From: Acutalibacteraceae bacterium
GTDB lineage: Bacteria > Bacillota > Clostridia > Oscillospirales > Acutalibacteraceae
DNA length: 64,000 nucleotides
Assembly: GCA_045588995.1 (NCBI GenBank)
Contig: JAZNFF010000044.1
Location: 6,174-70,173, forward strand
Reading direction: 5' to 3'
Part shown: in pieces, positions 27,441-37,088 of the stretch
Numbering within the stretch: position 1 is the stretch's first letter
Layout: every line of letters starts with the position of its first letter
Translations under genes and position numbers: made by a program
Notes under the pieces: generated by a model
What the model was told of the DNA's origin: nothing
What the model saw: only the letters and a program-made list of their open reading frames with translations
Databases searched by the model: none

Positions 27441-29354
27441 TCAAATTCGTTTTTCTATATATTCACAAATATCTTTTACGGTATAGTAGTATTTATCACT
27501 TTTTTCATAATCGGTTATGGAGAATTCTTCCGAAAGTTTTGAAAGTATTGAAAAATACTGTATACTTGTAGCGCCTAAATCGTAGAAAATATGGGCGTGA
27601 TTATCGAAATTCTCTTGTTTTGTACCGAGAACTTCTGCAACTATTGCCTTAACTTTAAGGGTTAGGGGAGAATTATCATCGGTGGAGGCGCTCGATTTCA
27701 TATCGGTGAATAAAGTGAGATTAACCTCTTTATTATTGATTTTTTTGAGCAACTGTGCGCGACTTACCTTAATAGCGGTGGGCGGGCACAAATTATCTGT
27801 TGTAAAATAGAATTTTTTAATTGCAATGGCTTTAGGCAGTGTATCATTTATTTCATAAACATCATTGCGGATTTTTGAAAGTTTACTATCAGAAATAAAC
27901 TCACTAACCTGAACAACAATAGAAATTTCTTGACCGTCATTGCCTTCTAAACCTAAAACGGAAAAGGATTTTGCATCGGGGAGGGTGAATAGTTTCTCAA
28001 CGCTGTCGGGATTTATGTTTTCTCCGTTTTCGCCGATTACCATATCACCCATACGGCCTAATATATAGTATCTGCCGTCTTTAAGTTCGACTTTATCTCC
28101 GGTAGAAAACCAACCGCTCGGTATCTGTTCCTCGCCGTTTATAAGTTTTTTAACGCAAATAGAACTGCCCTTTACTTGCAGAACACCGTTATCATCAATA
28201 GAATATTCAACGGATGAAAAGGGCTTTCCTACAGAATTTAAATTACGGTATTTTGGTTTTCTGCCAAGTTCTACTGAAGTTATTCCGATTTCGCTTGTGC
28301 CGTAACCGTTGTAGGTATTATATCCAATACCGTTTAAAAATTTAAGGGTACTTTCTTTTATATAACTTCCGCCGTTAATACAAAACATAATGGATTTGCC
28401 AAAAACTTTATCGGTAACTTCCTTCATAAGCGATTTGGCAATTTCAGAGCCAAAAGAGGGGAAGAGGTTTTGAATGGCGGTGGAAATTTTTATACCGCGC
28501 ATAAGTTTATTATACTTTTTATCCCCTTGTTCCTTTGCTGTGGCTATAACCGTTTTTTCAATGGTGTGCCATAGCATAGGGACTGCAAATATATGAGTCA
28601 CCTCGTGTTTACGGCAGGTTTTGAGAATTGTATCTGAAGAGTAGTTTCTTAAAAATACGAGAGTTCTTCCGAAAAATGTAAACCAGAAATATACGGCAAA
28701 AAGGCCGAAAACGTGGTAAAAAGGCAGGAAGGCGAGTTGCTTTAATTGACCTTTATAATGCTTTGCTATTCGCGGCTCCGCTTTTATGATGCCTTCAAAA
28801 TTCAGTATCTGCTCTGATATCTGGTGACCTGTATAGAAACAAATTACCTCGTTCATTGTGGTAGCAGAAGATGAGAAGGCGATTTCATCTTCAAATTCAT
28901 TTTCGGGTATCTCTTTTTCGCCTTTAAGTTCGGAAACAGAAATACTTTTGCCCGAAAGTTCAATATCACCGCTGCAAACGATATACTCTATCCCAAGGGT
29001 TTTGAGGATATTGTTTGTCAAAGAGTTGGGATATCGAAGGTTGACAAGGTATGGCTTATTTCCGCTTTTTAATATTGCCCAGAATGCAACAATCCATTCC
29101 GTAGAATTATCCATAGAAAGAGCAATATACTTATGCGTGGCACCGAGTTTCTCATATAAACCCGATGCGGCAACTTCTATTTTTTCGGCAACTTGTCCGT
29201 AAGTTTCCTTTTTTATGCGGTAACCGTCGTTATATTCGCAGAGAATATTATCTTTGCAGTTAAACATTATTCGGTAAATATCGCTGAGCTTTTTTTGGGA
29301 ATTTTTAAGCGCATCTCGGTTGTAGCGAATAACCTTTTTTAAATTCTTATTCAT
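27441..29354 (-). CDS. ANL-superfamily adenylating enzyme (acyl/aminoacyl-AMP ligase) fused to a C-terminal carrier (T) domain
   Basis: 637 aa. Core motifs are GYGTSE (A5), WFSTGD (A7), GRMGDMVIGENGENINP (A8) and a Lys in PPTAIKVSR (A10). The C-terminal carrier motif is FYDLGATSIQ. The P-loop region reads FSSSATTMNEV, which is degenerate. Confidence 0.85.
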   Translation of the reverse strand: MNKNLKKVIRYNRDALKNSQKKLSDIYRIMFNCKDNILCEYNDGYRIKKETYGQVAEKIEVAASGLYEKLGATHKYIALSMDNSTEWIVAFWAILKSGNKPYLVNLRYPNSLTNNILKTLGIEYIVCSGDIELSGKSISVSELKGEKEIPENEFEDEIAFSSSATTMNEVICFYTGHQISEQILNFEGIIKAEPRIAKHYKGQLKQLAFLPFYHVFGLFAVYFWFTFFGRTLVFLRNYSSDTILKTCRKHEVTHIFAVPMLWHTIEKTVIATAKEQGDKKYNKLMRGIKISTAIQNLFPSFGSEIAKSLMKEVTDKVFGKSIMFCINGGSYIKESTLKFLNGIGYNTYNGYGTSEIGITSVELGRKPKYRNLNSVGKPFSSVEYSIDDNGVLQVKGSSICVKKLINGEEQIPSGWFSTGDKVELKDGRYYILGRMGDMVIGENGENINPDSVEKLFTLPDAKSFSVLGLEGNDGQEISIVVQVSEFISDSKLSKIRNDVYEINDTLPKAIAIKKFYFTTDNLCPPTAIKVSRAQLLKKINNKEVNLTLFTDMKSSASTDDNSPLTLKVKAIVAEVLGTKQENFDNHAHIFYDLGATSIQYFSILSKLSEEFSITDYEKSDKYYYTVKDICEYIEKRI

Positions 29355-29355
29355 A

Positions 29356-29898
29356 TCAGTAGTAGAAAACCTCAGAAGTTAATAATGCTAAAAAACCAAT
29401 GAAAAGTGATGCGGCATATATGATAATACCAATCAAACCGAAGATTTTACCAAGACGGCTAAAGGTGGAAGTATCGCCTGCATTGATGCACTTATTGGAA
29501 AAAACAAATCCAACAATGGAAAAGGGTAAATAGAATATAGATAGGATAAATGCAACAACGAATGATGCGGGGGGTTCAACAAGAGCCACCGTAGAATATA
29601 TAGCGGTAATTATTGATAAAACAAAACCGCCAATAGATAAACCCATACCAACAATTTTAAATGCTAGACTGGGTTTCTTAACGGGAGGATAAGCATAATT
29701 GTTGGGGTTATAGGTTTGTTCGTATGTAGGATTATAATTCTGCTCATATGCATTTTGAGCGGACTCAACAACTACATTTTCTACCGCCTCGGCAGATGTT
29801 TCTTGAATAGGTTGTTCCTCTGACATTTGCGCACCGCATAAGGGGCAGAAATTGATTTTTTCTTCACTGGTGTGATTACATTTAGGGCATATACACAT
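29356..29898 (-). CDS. zinc-ribbon membrane protein with a Y/N/Q/P-rich linker
   Basis: 180 aa. It has CPKC...CPLCG at the N-terminus and the repeat YEQNYNPTYEQTYNPN, followed by about 4 TM helices. It ends 1 nt upstream of the ANL gene. Confidence 0.6.
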   Translation of the reverse strand: MCICPKCNHTSEEKINFCPLCGAQMSEEQPIQETSAEAVENVVVESAQNAYEQNYNPTYEQTYNPNNYAYPPVKKPSLAFKIVGMGLSIGGFVLSIITAIYSTVALVEPPASFVVAFILSIFYLPFSIVGFVFSNKCINAGDTSTFSRLGKIFGLIGIIIYAASLFIGFLALLTSEVFYY

Positions 29899-30090
29899 AA
29901 AAATACCTCCAAGGTTATAAGTTGAATATAGTATATCATATTAGGCGACAATTTTCAACATTACTTTTATATTATATACTAATATATCTGTATACAATGA
30001 GGGGCAGAAAAATTTTAAAACCAAAGAAAATAAAAATAGTTATCTTTTTGTGTGTTATTTAATTTTGAACTTTAAATGCATCTGCTTTTT

Positions 30091-30119
30091 CTTTACTTAT
30101 AAAAATTTTGTGGTATAAT
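30091..30119 (+). promoter_or_regulatory. candidate uvrB promoter with extended -10 (TGgTATAAT)
   Basis: TG at 30111-30112 and TATAAT at 30114-30119. The -35 is weak. It lies about 35 nt upstream of the uvrB GTG start. Confidence 0.4.
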
Positions 30120-30153
30120 ATATCTGTATAAATATACTTTGTGAGGTGAGAGT

Positions 30154-32106
30154 GTGGACAAGTTTGTTTTGAATAGTAATTATAAGCCAACAGGTGACCA
30201 GCCCCAAGCTATCGAAAAATTGGTTGAGGGTTTAAATCGTGGCGATAAAGAGCAGGTTTTGCTTGGTGTAACAGGTAGTGGTAAGACCTTTACAATGGCT
30301 AATATTATAGAACGTGTAAATCGACCGACGCTTGTTCTTGCTCACAACAAAACCCTCGCCGCACAGTTATGTTCAGAATTCAAAGAATTTTTCCCCGAAA
30401 ATGCGGTGGAATATTTTGTTTCCTATTACGATTATTATCAACCCGAGGCGTATATACCTGGTACCGACACATATATCGAAAAAGATTCTTCCATAAACGA
30501 TGAAATTGATAAACTTAGGCATTCGGCTACCTGCGCTCTTTCCGAGCGTCGCGATGTTATAATTGTGGCATCGGTTTCTTGCATTTATTCTCTCGGTGAC
30601 CCGATTGATTACAGAAATATGGTAATTTCTCTTCGAACGGGTATGGAAAAGGGAAGAGATGAACTTATATCAAAACTTGTTGATTTGCAGTACGAACGAA
30701 ATGATATCAACTTTGTCCGCAATAAATTCAGAGTTCGCGGTGATACTGTTGAGGTTTATCCCGCATATTCCTACGGTGATGCTCTTCGCATAGAGTTTTT
30801 CGGCGATGAAATTGAGCGAATAAGCGAAATCAATACCCTGACGGGCGAGGTTAAGCAGTTTTTAAATCACACCGCAATTTATCCCGCTTCGCACTATATT
30901 GTTCCGCAGGATAAGATGGAATCCGCCCTTGAGGAAATCAAAAGAGAAATGGAAGAAAGAGTAGATTTCTTCACCGAAAACGAAAGGTATATTGAAGCTC
31001 AGAGAATCAGACAGAGAACTGAATATGATATAGAAATGCTCCGTGAAATCGGAGTTTGTAAAGGAATCGAAAATTATTCCCGTGTGCTTTCGGGCCGAAA
31101 ACCCGGCAGCGTTCCAATGACGCTCCTCGATTATTTCCCCGATGATTTTCTTCTCTTTGTAGATGAATCGCACGTAACTTTACCTCAGGTCAGAGGTATG
31201 TTCGGCGGTGATAGGGGAAGAAAAGATAATCTTATTGAATATGGTTTCCGTCTACCTTCCGCGTACGATAATCGACCGCTTAATTTTGAAGAATTTTATT
31301 CTCATATAAATCAAGCAGTTTTCGTTTCAGCAACCCCCGCTCAGTTTGAGAAAGACCATGCTTCACAGATAGTTGAGCAGGTAATAAGACCTACGGGGCT
31401 TTTAGACCCCCTTGTTACCGTTAAACCAAGTGAGGGTCAGATAGATGATATTGTATCGGAAATCAATATCCGCACAGAAAAGGGCGAAAGGGTGCTTATA
31501 ACAACCCTTACCAAAAAAATGGCGGAAGATCTTACCGAATATCTCGAAAATTTGGGAATTCGCGTAAGATATATGCATTATGATATCGATACCATTGAGC
31601 GAATGCAGATTATCCGTGATTTACGGCTTGGTGAATTTGATGTTCTTGTGGGAATTAACCTTCTTCGTGAAGGTCTTGATATTCCCGAAGTTTCCTTGGT
31701 AGCAATTCTTGATGCAGATAAGGAAGGTTTTCTTCGCAGTGAAACCTCTTTGGTGCAGACCATCGGCCGCGCCGCCCGTAATGCAAACGGTCAGGTTATT
31801 ATGTATGCCGATAGCGTTACACCTTCAATGGAAAGGGCTATTTATGAAACCGAGCGTCGCCGCGCAATTCAGCAGAAATATAATGAGGAAAACGGCATTA
31901 TACCAAAAACCATCGTTAAAGATGTCAGAGATATAATCGAAATCGGTGAAAAAGTAGAAAAGGAAAAAAGTGATTCCAAACTTTCCCGCGCCGAAAAAGA
32001 AATGCTCATAAAACGGCTTACGGCAGAAATGCGACAAGCGGCAAAAATGCTTGAATTTGAACACGCGGCATATCTTCGCGACCGCATAGAAAAACTGCGT
32101 AAATAA
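30154..32106 (+). CDS. uvrB: excinuclease ABC subunit B
   Basis: 650 aa. Has [12 protein letters not shown], and a C-terminal UVR motif ([16 protein letters not shown]). Confidence 0.97.
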   Translation: MDKFVLNSNYKPTGDQPQAIEKLVEGLNRGDKEQVLLGVTGSGKTFTMANIIERVNRPTLVLAHNKTLAAQLCSEFKEFFPENAVEYFVSYYDYYQPEAYIPGTDTYIEKDSSINDEIDKLRHSATCALSERRDVIIVASVSCIYSLGDPIDYRNMVISLRTGMEKGRDELISKLVDLQYERNDINFVRNKFRVRGDTVEVYPAYSYGDALRIEFFGDEIERISEINTLTGEVKQFLNHTAIYPASHYIVPQDKMESALEEIKREMEERVDFFTENERYIEAQRIRQRTEYDIEMLREIGVCKGIENYSRVLSGRKPGSVPMTLLDYFPDDFLLFVDESHVTLPQVRGMFGGDRGRKDNLIEYGFRLPSAYDNRPLNFEEFYSHINQAVFVSATPAQFEKDHASQIVEQVIRPTGLLDPLVTVKPSEGQIDDIVSEINIRTEKGERVLITTLTKKMAEDLTEYLENLGIRVRYMHYDIDTIERMQIIRDLRLGEFDVLVGINLLREGLDIPEVSLVAILDADKEGFLRSETSLVQTIGRAARNANGQVIMYADSVTPSMERAIYETERRRAIQQKYNEENGIIPKTIVKDVRDIIEIGEKVEKEKSDSKLSRAEKEMLIKRLTAEMRQAAKMLEFEHAAYLRDRIEKLRK

Positions 32107-32138
32107 TAATATTTGAAAATAAACAAAGGTAGGTAAAA

Positions 32139-34976
32139 ATGGCCAGCGATAAAATAATCATCAGGGGTGCCAATGAGCATAACCTTAAAAATGTAAATGT
32201 CCAGATACCGAGGGATAAACTTGTAGTTTTTACGGGACTTTCGGGAAGCGGAAAATCTTCCCTCGCTTTTGATACCATTTATGCAGAGGGACAACGAAGA
32301 TACGTTGAATCCCTTTCAAGTTACGCCCGTCAGTTTTTAGGGCAGATGGAAAAGCCCGATGTTGAGAGCATCGAAGGGCTTTCCCCTGCCATATCCATTG
32401 ACCAAAAAACCACATCCAAAAATCCCCGTTCCACCGTTGGTACCGTTACGGAAATTTACGATTATTTGCGTCTTTTATATGCAAGGGTTGGCGTGCCTCA
32501 CTGTCCAATTTGCGGCAAAGAGATTTCTCAACAGACCACCGACCGCATTGTAGATACGGTTATGAAACTCGCAGAAGGCACAAAAATTCAGGTGCTTTCT
32601 CCCATAGTTAAAGGCCGAAAAGGTGAGCATACAAAAGAATTGGAAAATGCCCGAAAATCAGGATATTCAAGGGTTAGAATTGACGGCAATATTTACGATC
32701 TTTCGGAAGAAATCAAAATTGATAAAAATAAAAAGCATATGATAGAGGTGGTGGTTGACCGCCTTGTTATAAAGGATTCTATTCTTTCCCGACTTACAGA
32801 TAGTATTGAAACTGCCGTATCCCTTTCGGGTGGCCTTGTGGCAGTTGATGTTATCGGCGGAGAGGAAATGCAGTTTTCGCAAAGTTATGCTTGTGAAGAA
32901 CACGGAATAAGTATACCCGAACTCACCCCTACCATGTTTTCTTTTAATAATCCTTTGGGCGCGTGCCCTACCTGTACAGGCATTGGCAGTTTTATGAAAA
33001 TAGATAGCCGACTTGTTATTAACGATGAAGAAAAATCACTGCTTGACGGATGCATAAAAGTAGCGGGATGGGGTGTTAATTCTTGGTTTAACCCCGATGC
33101 AAGTACCATTGCGGAAATGTACTACCGCGGTGTTGCCGAAAGAATGGGATTTGATATAAATCTTCCTTGGAAAGATATTTCCGAGGAGGGTAAAAACGCC
33201 ATTCTTTACGGACTTGGTGATGAAAAAATCAAGTTCAAGAGAATGGGGGATTACGGTGGAGGCGAGTACTATTCTACCTTTGAAGGTGTTATTAATAATA
33301 TTGAACGCCGTTATAAAAATACAAACAGTGAATATGCAAGGGCAGAGTATGAAAGTTATATGCACGAGAGCGTGTGTCCCGACTGTAAGGGCGCCCGTCT
33401 TAAACCCGAATATCTTGCAGTAACCGTAGGCGGCAAAAATATTAAAGAATTTTGTGATATGTCGGTAGTGGATGAGTTTAAGTTTATTGAAGGACTTGAA
33501 TTTTCCGAAATGGATAAAATGATCGCGGAACCAATCATTAAGGAAATTAAAGAGCGATTAAATTTCCTTGTGAGCGTAGGTCTTGATTATCTTTGTCTTT
33601 CCCGTTCATCCGCCACTCTTTCAGGCGGTGAAAGTCAGAGAATCCGCCTTGCTACACAGATTGGCTCATCCCTTATGGGAGTTCTCTATATTCTTGATGA
33701 GCCCAGTATCGGACTTCATCAGCGCGATAATGAGCGTTTGCTCGCAACTCTCAAACGGCTTCGCGATTTAGGTAATACGCTTATCGTGGTTGAGCACGAT
33801 GAGGATACTATGCGAGAGGCAGATTATATCGTTGATATAGGTAAGGGCGCCGGTATTCATGGCGGCAATGTTGTCTTTACGGGTACTCCCGAAGAACTGG
33901 AAAAGTGCAAAGATTCCATAACTGCAGATTATCTTTCAGGCAGAAAGAGAATTCCCGTGCCGAAAGAGCGCCGAAAAGGAAACGGAAAATATCTTACCGT
34001 TAAGGGCGCTTCCGAAAATAACTTAAAAAAGATAAATGTTAAAATACCGCTCGGTGAATTTGTGTGTGTAACGGGAGTTTCGGGAAGCGGAAAATCCTCC
34101 CTCGTTAACGATATAATCTATAAAATACTAGCCCATAAACTTAATAGGGCAAAAACCTTCCCCGGTGAATATAAATCGGTCGAAGGAATAGAAAATCTTG
34201 ATAAGGTTATTAATATTGACCAATCTCCCATTGGCAGAACGCCCCGAAGTAACCCCGCCACATATACGGGCGTGTTTACCGATATTCGTGACCTTTTTGC
34301 CAATACAAAGGATGCCAAGGCCCATGGTTATAGCGCGGGAAGATTTTCCTTTAATGTCAAGGGCGGAAGGTGCGAGGCCTGTCAAGGCGATGGTATTTTG
34401 AAGATTGAAATGCATTTCTTGCCCGATATATATGTTCCTTGTGAGGTTTGCGGAGGTACAAGATATAACCGCGAAACTTTGAATATAAAGTATAAAGGTA
34501 AGAGCATATATGATGTTCTCGAAATGACGGTAGAAGAAGGTATGAATTTCTTTGAAAGCATACCGAGAATTCATAGGAAACTTAAAACCCTTTTCGATGT
34601 GGGACTTGGATATATTAAAATCGGCCAGAGCGCTACAACCCTTTCGGGCGGCGAGGCGCAGAGGGTTAAACTCGCCACCGAACTTTCTAAAAAATCAACA
34701 GGCAAAACAATTTATATTCTTGATGAGCCCACTACGGGTCTTCATACCGCAGATGTTCACCGTCTTACTGAAGTTTTGCAGCGTCTTGTGGATAACGGAA
34801 ATACGGTGCTTGTCATAGAGCATAATCTTGATATCATTAAAACGGCAGACCATATAATTGATTTAGGTCCCGAGGGCGGCGACAGAGGCGGTTACATTGT
34901 CTGCGAAGGCACTCCCGAAAAGGTTGCCGAATGCAAGGAATCATATACAGGCAAGTTCCTTAAAAAACTTCTTTAA
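32139..34976 (+). CDS. uvrA: excinuclease ABC subunit A
   Basis: 945 aa. It carries two ABC ATPase modules ([12 protein letters not shown] and [11 protein letters not shown]), two LSGGE signatures and zinc-finger Cys clusters. Confidence 0.97.
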   Translation: MASDKIIIRGANEHNLKNVNVQIPRDKLVVFTGLSGSGKSSLAFDTIYAEGQRRYVESLSSYARQFLGQMEKPDVESIEGLSPAISIDQKTTSKNPRSTVGTVTEIYDYLRLLYARVGVPHCPICGKEISQQTTDRIVDTVMKLAEGTKIQVLSPIVKGRKGEHTKELENARKSGYSRVRIDGNIYDLSEEIKIDKNKKHMIEVVVDRLVIKDSILSRLTDSIETAVSLSGGLVAVDVIGGEEMQFSQSYACEEHGISIPELTPTMFSFNNPLGACPTCTGIGSFMKIDSRLVINDEEKSLLDGCIKVAGWGVNSWFNPDASTIAEMYYRGVAERMGFDINLPWKDISEEGKNAILYGLGDEKIKFKRMGDYGGGEYYSTFEGVINNIERRYKNTNSEYARAEYESYMHESVCPDCKGARLKPEYLAVTVGGKNIKEFCDMSVVDEFKFIEGLEFSEMDKMIAEPIIKEIKERLNFLVSVGLDYLCLSRSSATLSGGESQRIRLATQIGSSLMGVLYILDEPSIGLHQRDNERLLATLKRLRDLGNTLIVVEHDEDTMREADYIVDIGKGAGIHGGNVVFTGTPEELEKCKDSITADYLSGRKRIPVPKERRKGNGKYLTVKGASENNLKKINVKIPLGEFVCVTGVSGSGKSSLVNDIIYKILAHKLNRAKTFPGEYKSVEGIENLDKVINIDQSPIGRTPRSNPATYTGVFTDIRDLFANTKDAKAHGYSAGRFSFNVKGGRCEACQGDGILKIEMHFLPDIYVPCEVCGGTRYNRETLNIKYKGKSIYDVLEMTVEEGMNFFESIPRIHRKLKTLFDVGLGYIKIGQSATTLSGGEAQRVKLATELSKKSTGKTIYILDEPTTGLHTADVHRLTEVLQRLVDNGNTVLVIEHNLDIIKTADHIIDLGPEGGDRGGYIVCEGTPEKVAECKESYTGKFLKKLL

Positions 34977-35041
34977 ATTCATATATTATTCACCAAAGAA
35001 TAAAATTTATGATATAAAATGATAAAAGGGGAGGGACAGGT

Positions 35042-35881
35042 ATGTTCGGTTATATTAAAGCGGATAAGCCCGAACTCAAAATTAAAGAGTTTGAGGCGTA
35101 TAAAGCGGTGTATTGCACCCTTTGTAAGAAACTCGGTAAAAATTACGGGTTTATATCCCGCCTGACTTTAAGTTATGATTTCACTTTTTTGGCTATGCTG
35201 AATATGTCCCTTAAGGACGGTTGCCCCGTTTATGAGCAAAAGTGTTGCGCTTTTAATCCCCTTAAAAAGTGTAACTATTGCAAGGAAACCGAAGATTTAG
35301 AAATGCCTTGCGCCGCGGCAATGATACTGTTATACTATAAGATATTGGATAATATATCCGATGAAAAGGGCTTTAAAAAGCTCGGATTCAAAATTTTAAA
35401 GCCAATATTTTCGGGGGCTCATAAAAAGGCGTCAAAGGCATATCCTCAGATAGAGGAGTGGGTGAAAGAATATATCGAAACCCAAACCAAACTCGAAAAG
35501 AGAAATTGCGATAGTTTGGATATGGCCGCCGATCCTTCGGCTTTGATGCTTTCGAAACTTTTTACCCTTTGTAGCAGTGACCAAAAGCAGAAACGAGTTT
35601 TAGAGCGGCTTGGATATTGCCTCGGAAGATATATCTATATTCTTGATGCCGTAAATGATTTGCCGAAGGATATTAAAACGGGCAACTATAATGTTTTTAA
35701 AAATACACAAGAAAATGAGACCTTTGATAAAGCCAAAGCCCAGCTTTATTTTTGTATAAGCGAGGCGGCAAAGGCATTTGAACTTCTTGAAATTAAAAAA
35801 TATGAAACCATTCTCGGTAATATAATATATTTAGGTTTGGAACGAAATTTGGAGGAACTGAAAAATGAAAGATCCGTATGA
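35042..35881 (+). CDS. DUF5685-like Cys-rich protein of unknown function
   Basis: 279 aa. Reads MFGYIKADKPELKIKEFEAYKAVYCTLCKKLG..., with further Cys at CC and CNYC, and ILDAVNDLPKDIKTGNYN. I recognise the family only as uncharacterised. Confidence 0.6.
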   Translation: MFGYIKADKPELKIKEFEAYKAVYCTLCKKLGKNYGFISRLTLSYDFTFLAMLNMSLKDGCPVYEQKCCAFNPLKKCNYCKETEDLEMPCAAAMILLYYKILDNISDEKGFKKLGFKILKPIFSGAHKKASKAYPQIEEWVKEYIETQTKLEKRNCDSLDMAADPSALMLSKLFTLCSSDQKQKRVLERLGYCLGRYIYILDAVNDLPKDIKTGNYNVFKNTQENETFDKAKAQLYFCISEAAKAFELLEIKKYETILGNIIYLGLERNLEELKNERSV

Positions 35882-36476
35882 AGTTTTAGGCATCGGCAGA
35901 AATGCTACTGATGAACAGGTAAAAGATGCCTATAGAAATCTTGCAAGAAAATATCATCCCGATAATTATGGCGATAACCCTCTTTCAGATTTGGCGCAAG
36001 AAAAGATGAAGGAGATTAACGAGGCCTATGATTCTATAATGAACGAGCGTAAAAATGGCTCGTCAAATAGAAAAAATGGCGGCAGTTATCAGTCATCTGG
36101 ACCTTCGGCATTTCCTGAGGTTCGTTCGCTTATAAATCAAGGTCGACTTGAACAAGCCCAAGAATTATTGGATGGAGTTCCGCCTCAGTCAAGAAATGCT
36201 GAGTGGTACTTCTTAAACGGCACCGTTCTATATAGGAGAGGTTGGTTTGACCAAGCGTATACAAGTTTCGTAACCGCCTCCAGAATGGACCCTTATAATA
36301 CCGAGTATCAAAATGCAGTTCGTAACGCTCAAAGGCAGAGCGCGGGTCAGTATAATAATCCATACCGTTCATACGGCGGAGCAAGTAGTTGCACAGGTTG
36401 TGATGTTTGTCAAGGACTAATCTGCGCTGACTGTTGCTGTGAGTGTATGGGCGGGGACCTGATTCGTTGTTGCTAA
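35865..36476 (+). CDS. J-domain protein with a TPR-like middle region and an extremely Cys-rich C-terminal tail
   Basis: 203 aa. The J domain is DPYEVLGI...KYHPD. The tail CTGCDVCQGLICADCCCECMGGDLIRCC has 10 Cys in the last 28 aa. It overlaps the upstream gene by 17 nt. Confidence 0.8.
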   Translation: MKDPYEVLGIGRNATDEQVKDAYRNLARKYHPDNYGDNPLSDLAQEKMKEINEAYDSIMNERKNGSSNRKNGGSYQSSGPSAFPEVRSLINQGRLEQAQELLDGVPPQSRNAEWYFLNGTVLYRRGWFDQAYTSFVTASRMDPYNTEYQNAVRNAQRQSAGQYNNPYRSYGGASSCTGCDVCQGLICADCCCECMGGDLIRCC

Positions 36477-36477
36477 T

Positions 36478-37008
36478 ATGAAAAATACGGCTAAATTAAC
36501 ACTTTCCGCCATATGTGCGGCTCTTGCCACCGTTATAATGTTAACAGGATATTTCCCATATCTTACCTATGCCATCCCCGCGGTAGCAGGTCTTGCGGTT
36601 ATGGTGGTTTGCATAGAAATCGGAATTAAATACGCGGTGGGAACATATGTTGCAAGCGCTTTCCTCGTTTTATTAACTGCCGAACCCGAAACCAAAATTT
36701 TATACGTTTTGCTTTTTGGGTTCTATCCGATAGTGAAGGCATTGGTGGAAAAAGTCGGAAAATCGCCAATTGAATGGCTTATCAAATTTGCGGTTTTTAA
36801 TATTTGCATAGTGGCATATTATAAACTTTCTGTGTCGATTTTAGGGATTTCCTTTGATGATTTCGGCGCGGTAGGCGAATGGGGTACATATGTCTTCTGG
36901 GCGGCTGCAAATGTAGTTTTTGTTTTATATGATATCGCAGTTTCCCGTATAGCTATGTTTTATATTTCCCGTCTACATCCTAAAATTTCTAAAATTTTCA
37001 AAATTTAA
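36478..37008 (+). CDS. polytopic membrane protein of unknown function
   Basis: 176 aa with about 5 hydrophobic helices. It starts 2 nt after the stop of the J-domain gene. Confidence 0.55.
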   Translation: MKNTAKLTLSAICAALATVIMLTGYFPYLTYAIPAVAGLAVMVVCIEIGIKYAVGTYVASAFLVLLTAEPETKILYVLLFGFYPIVKALVEKVGKSPIEWLIKFAVFNICIVAYYKLSVSILGISFDDFGAVGEWGTYVFWAAANVVFVLYDIAVSRIAMFYISRLHPKISKIFKI

Positions 37009-37032
37009 ACCGAGTTTTACTCGGTTTTTTTG
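37007..37032 (+). terminator. rho-independent terminator
   Basis: Stem AAACCGAG / CTCGGTTT with loop TTTTA, followed by TTTTTT. Confidence 0.75.
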
Positions 37033-37088
37033 TTTACTTTTAGCTTTGTTTGTAGTAAAATAGATTTGTTATGAAAGGCGGTGGGGTA

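Noticed and set aside
30061-30153. Possible LexA (SOS) box upstream of uvrB
   Set aside because: Only a lone GAAC half-site (TTGAACTTTAAATG) is present, with no GTTC partner at N4. The CTGT in the 14-mer repeat lacks a matching ACAG, so no SOS box is called.
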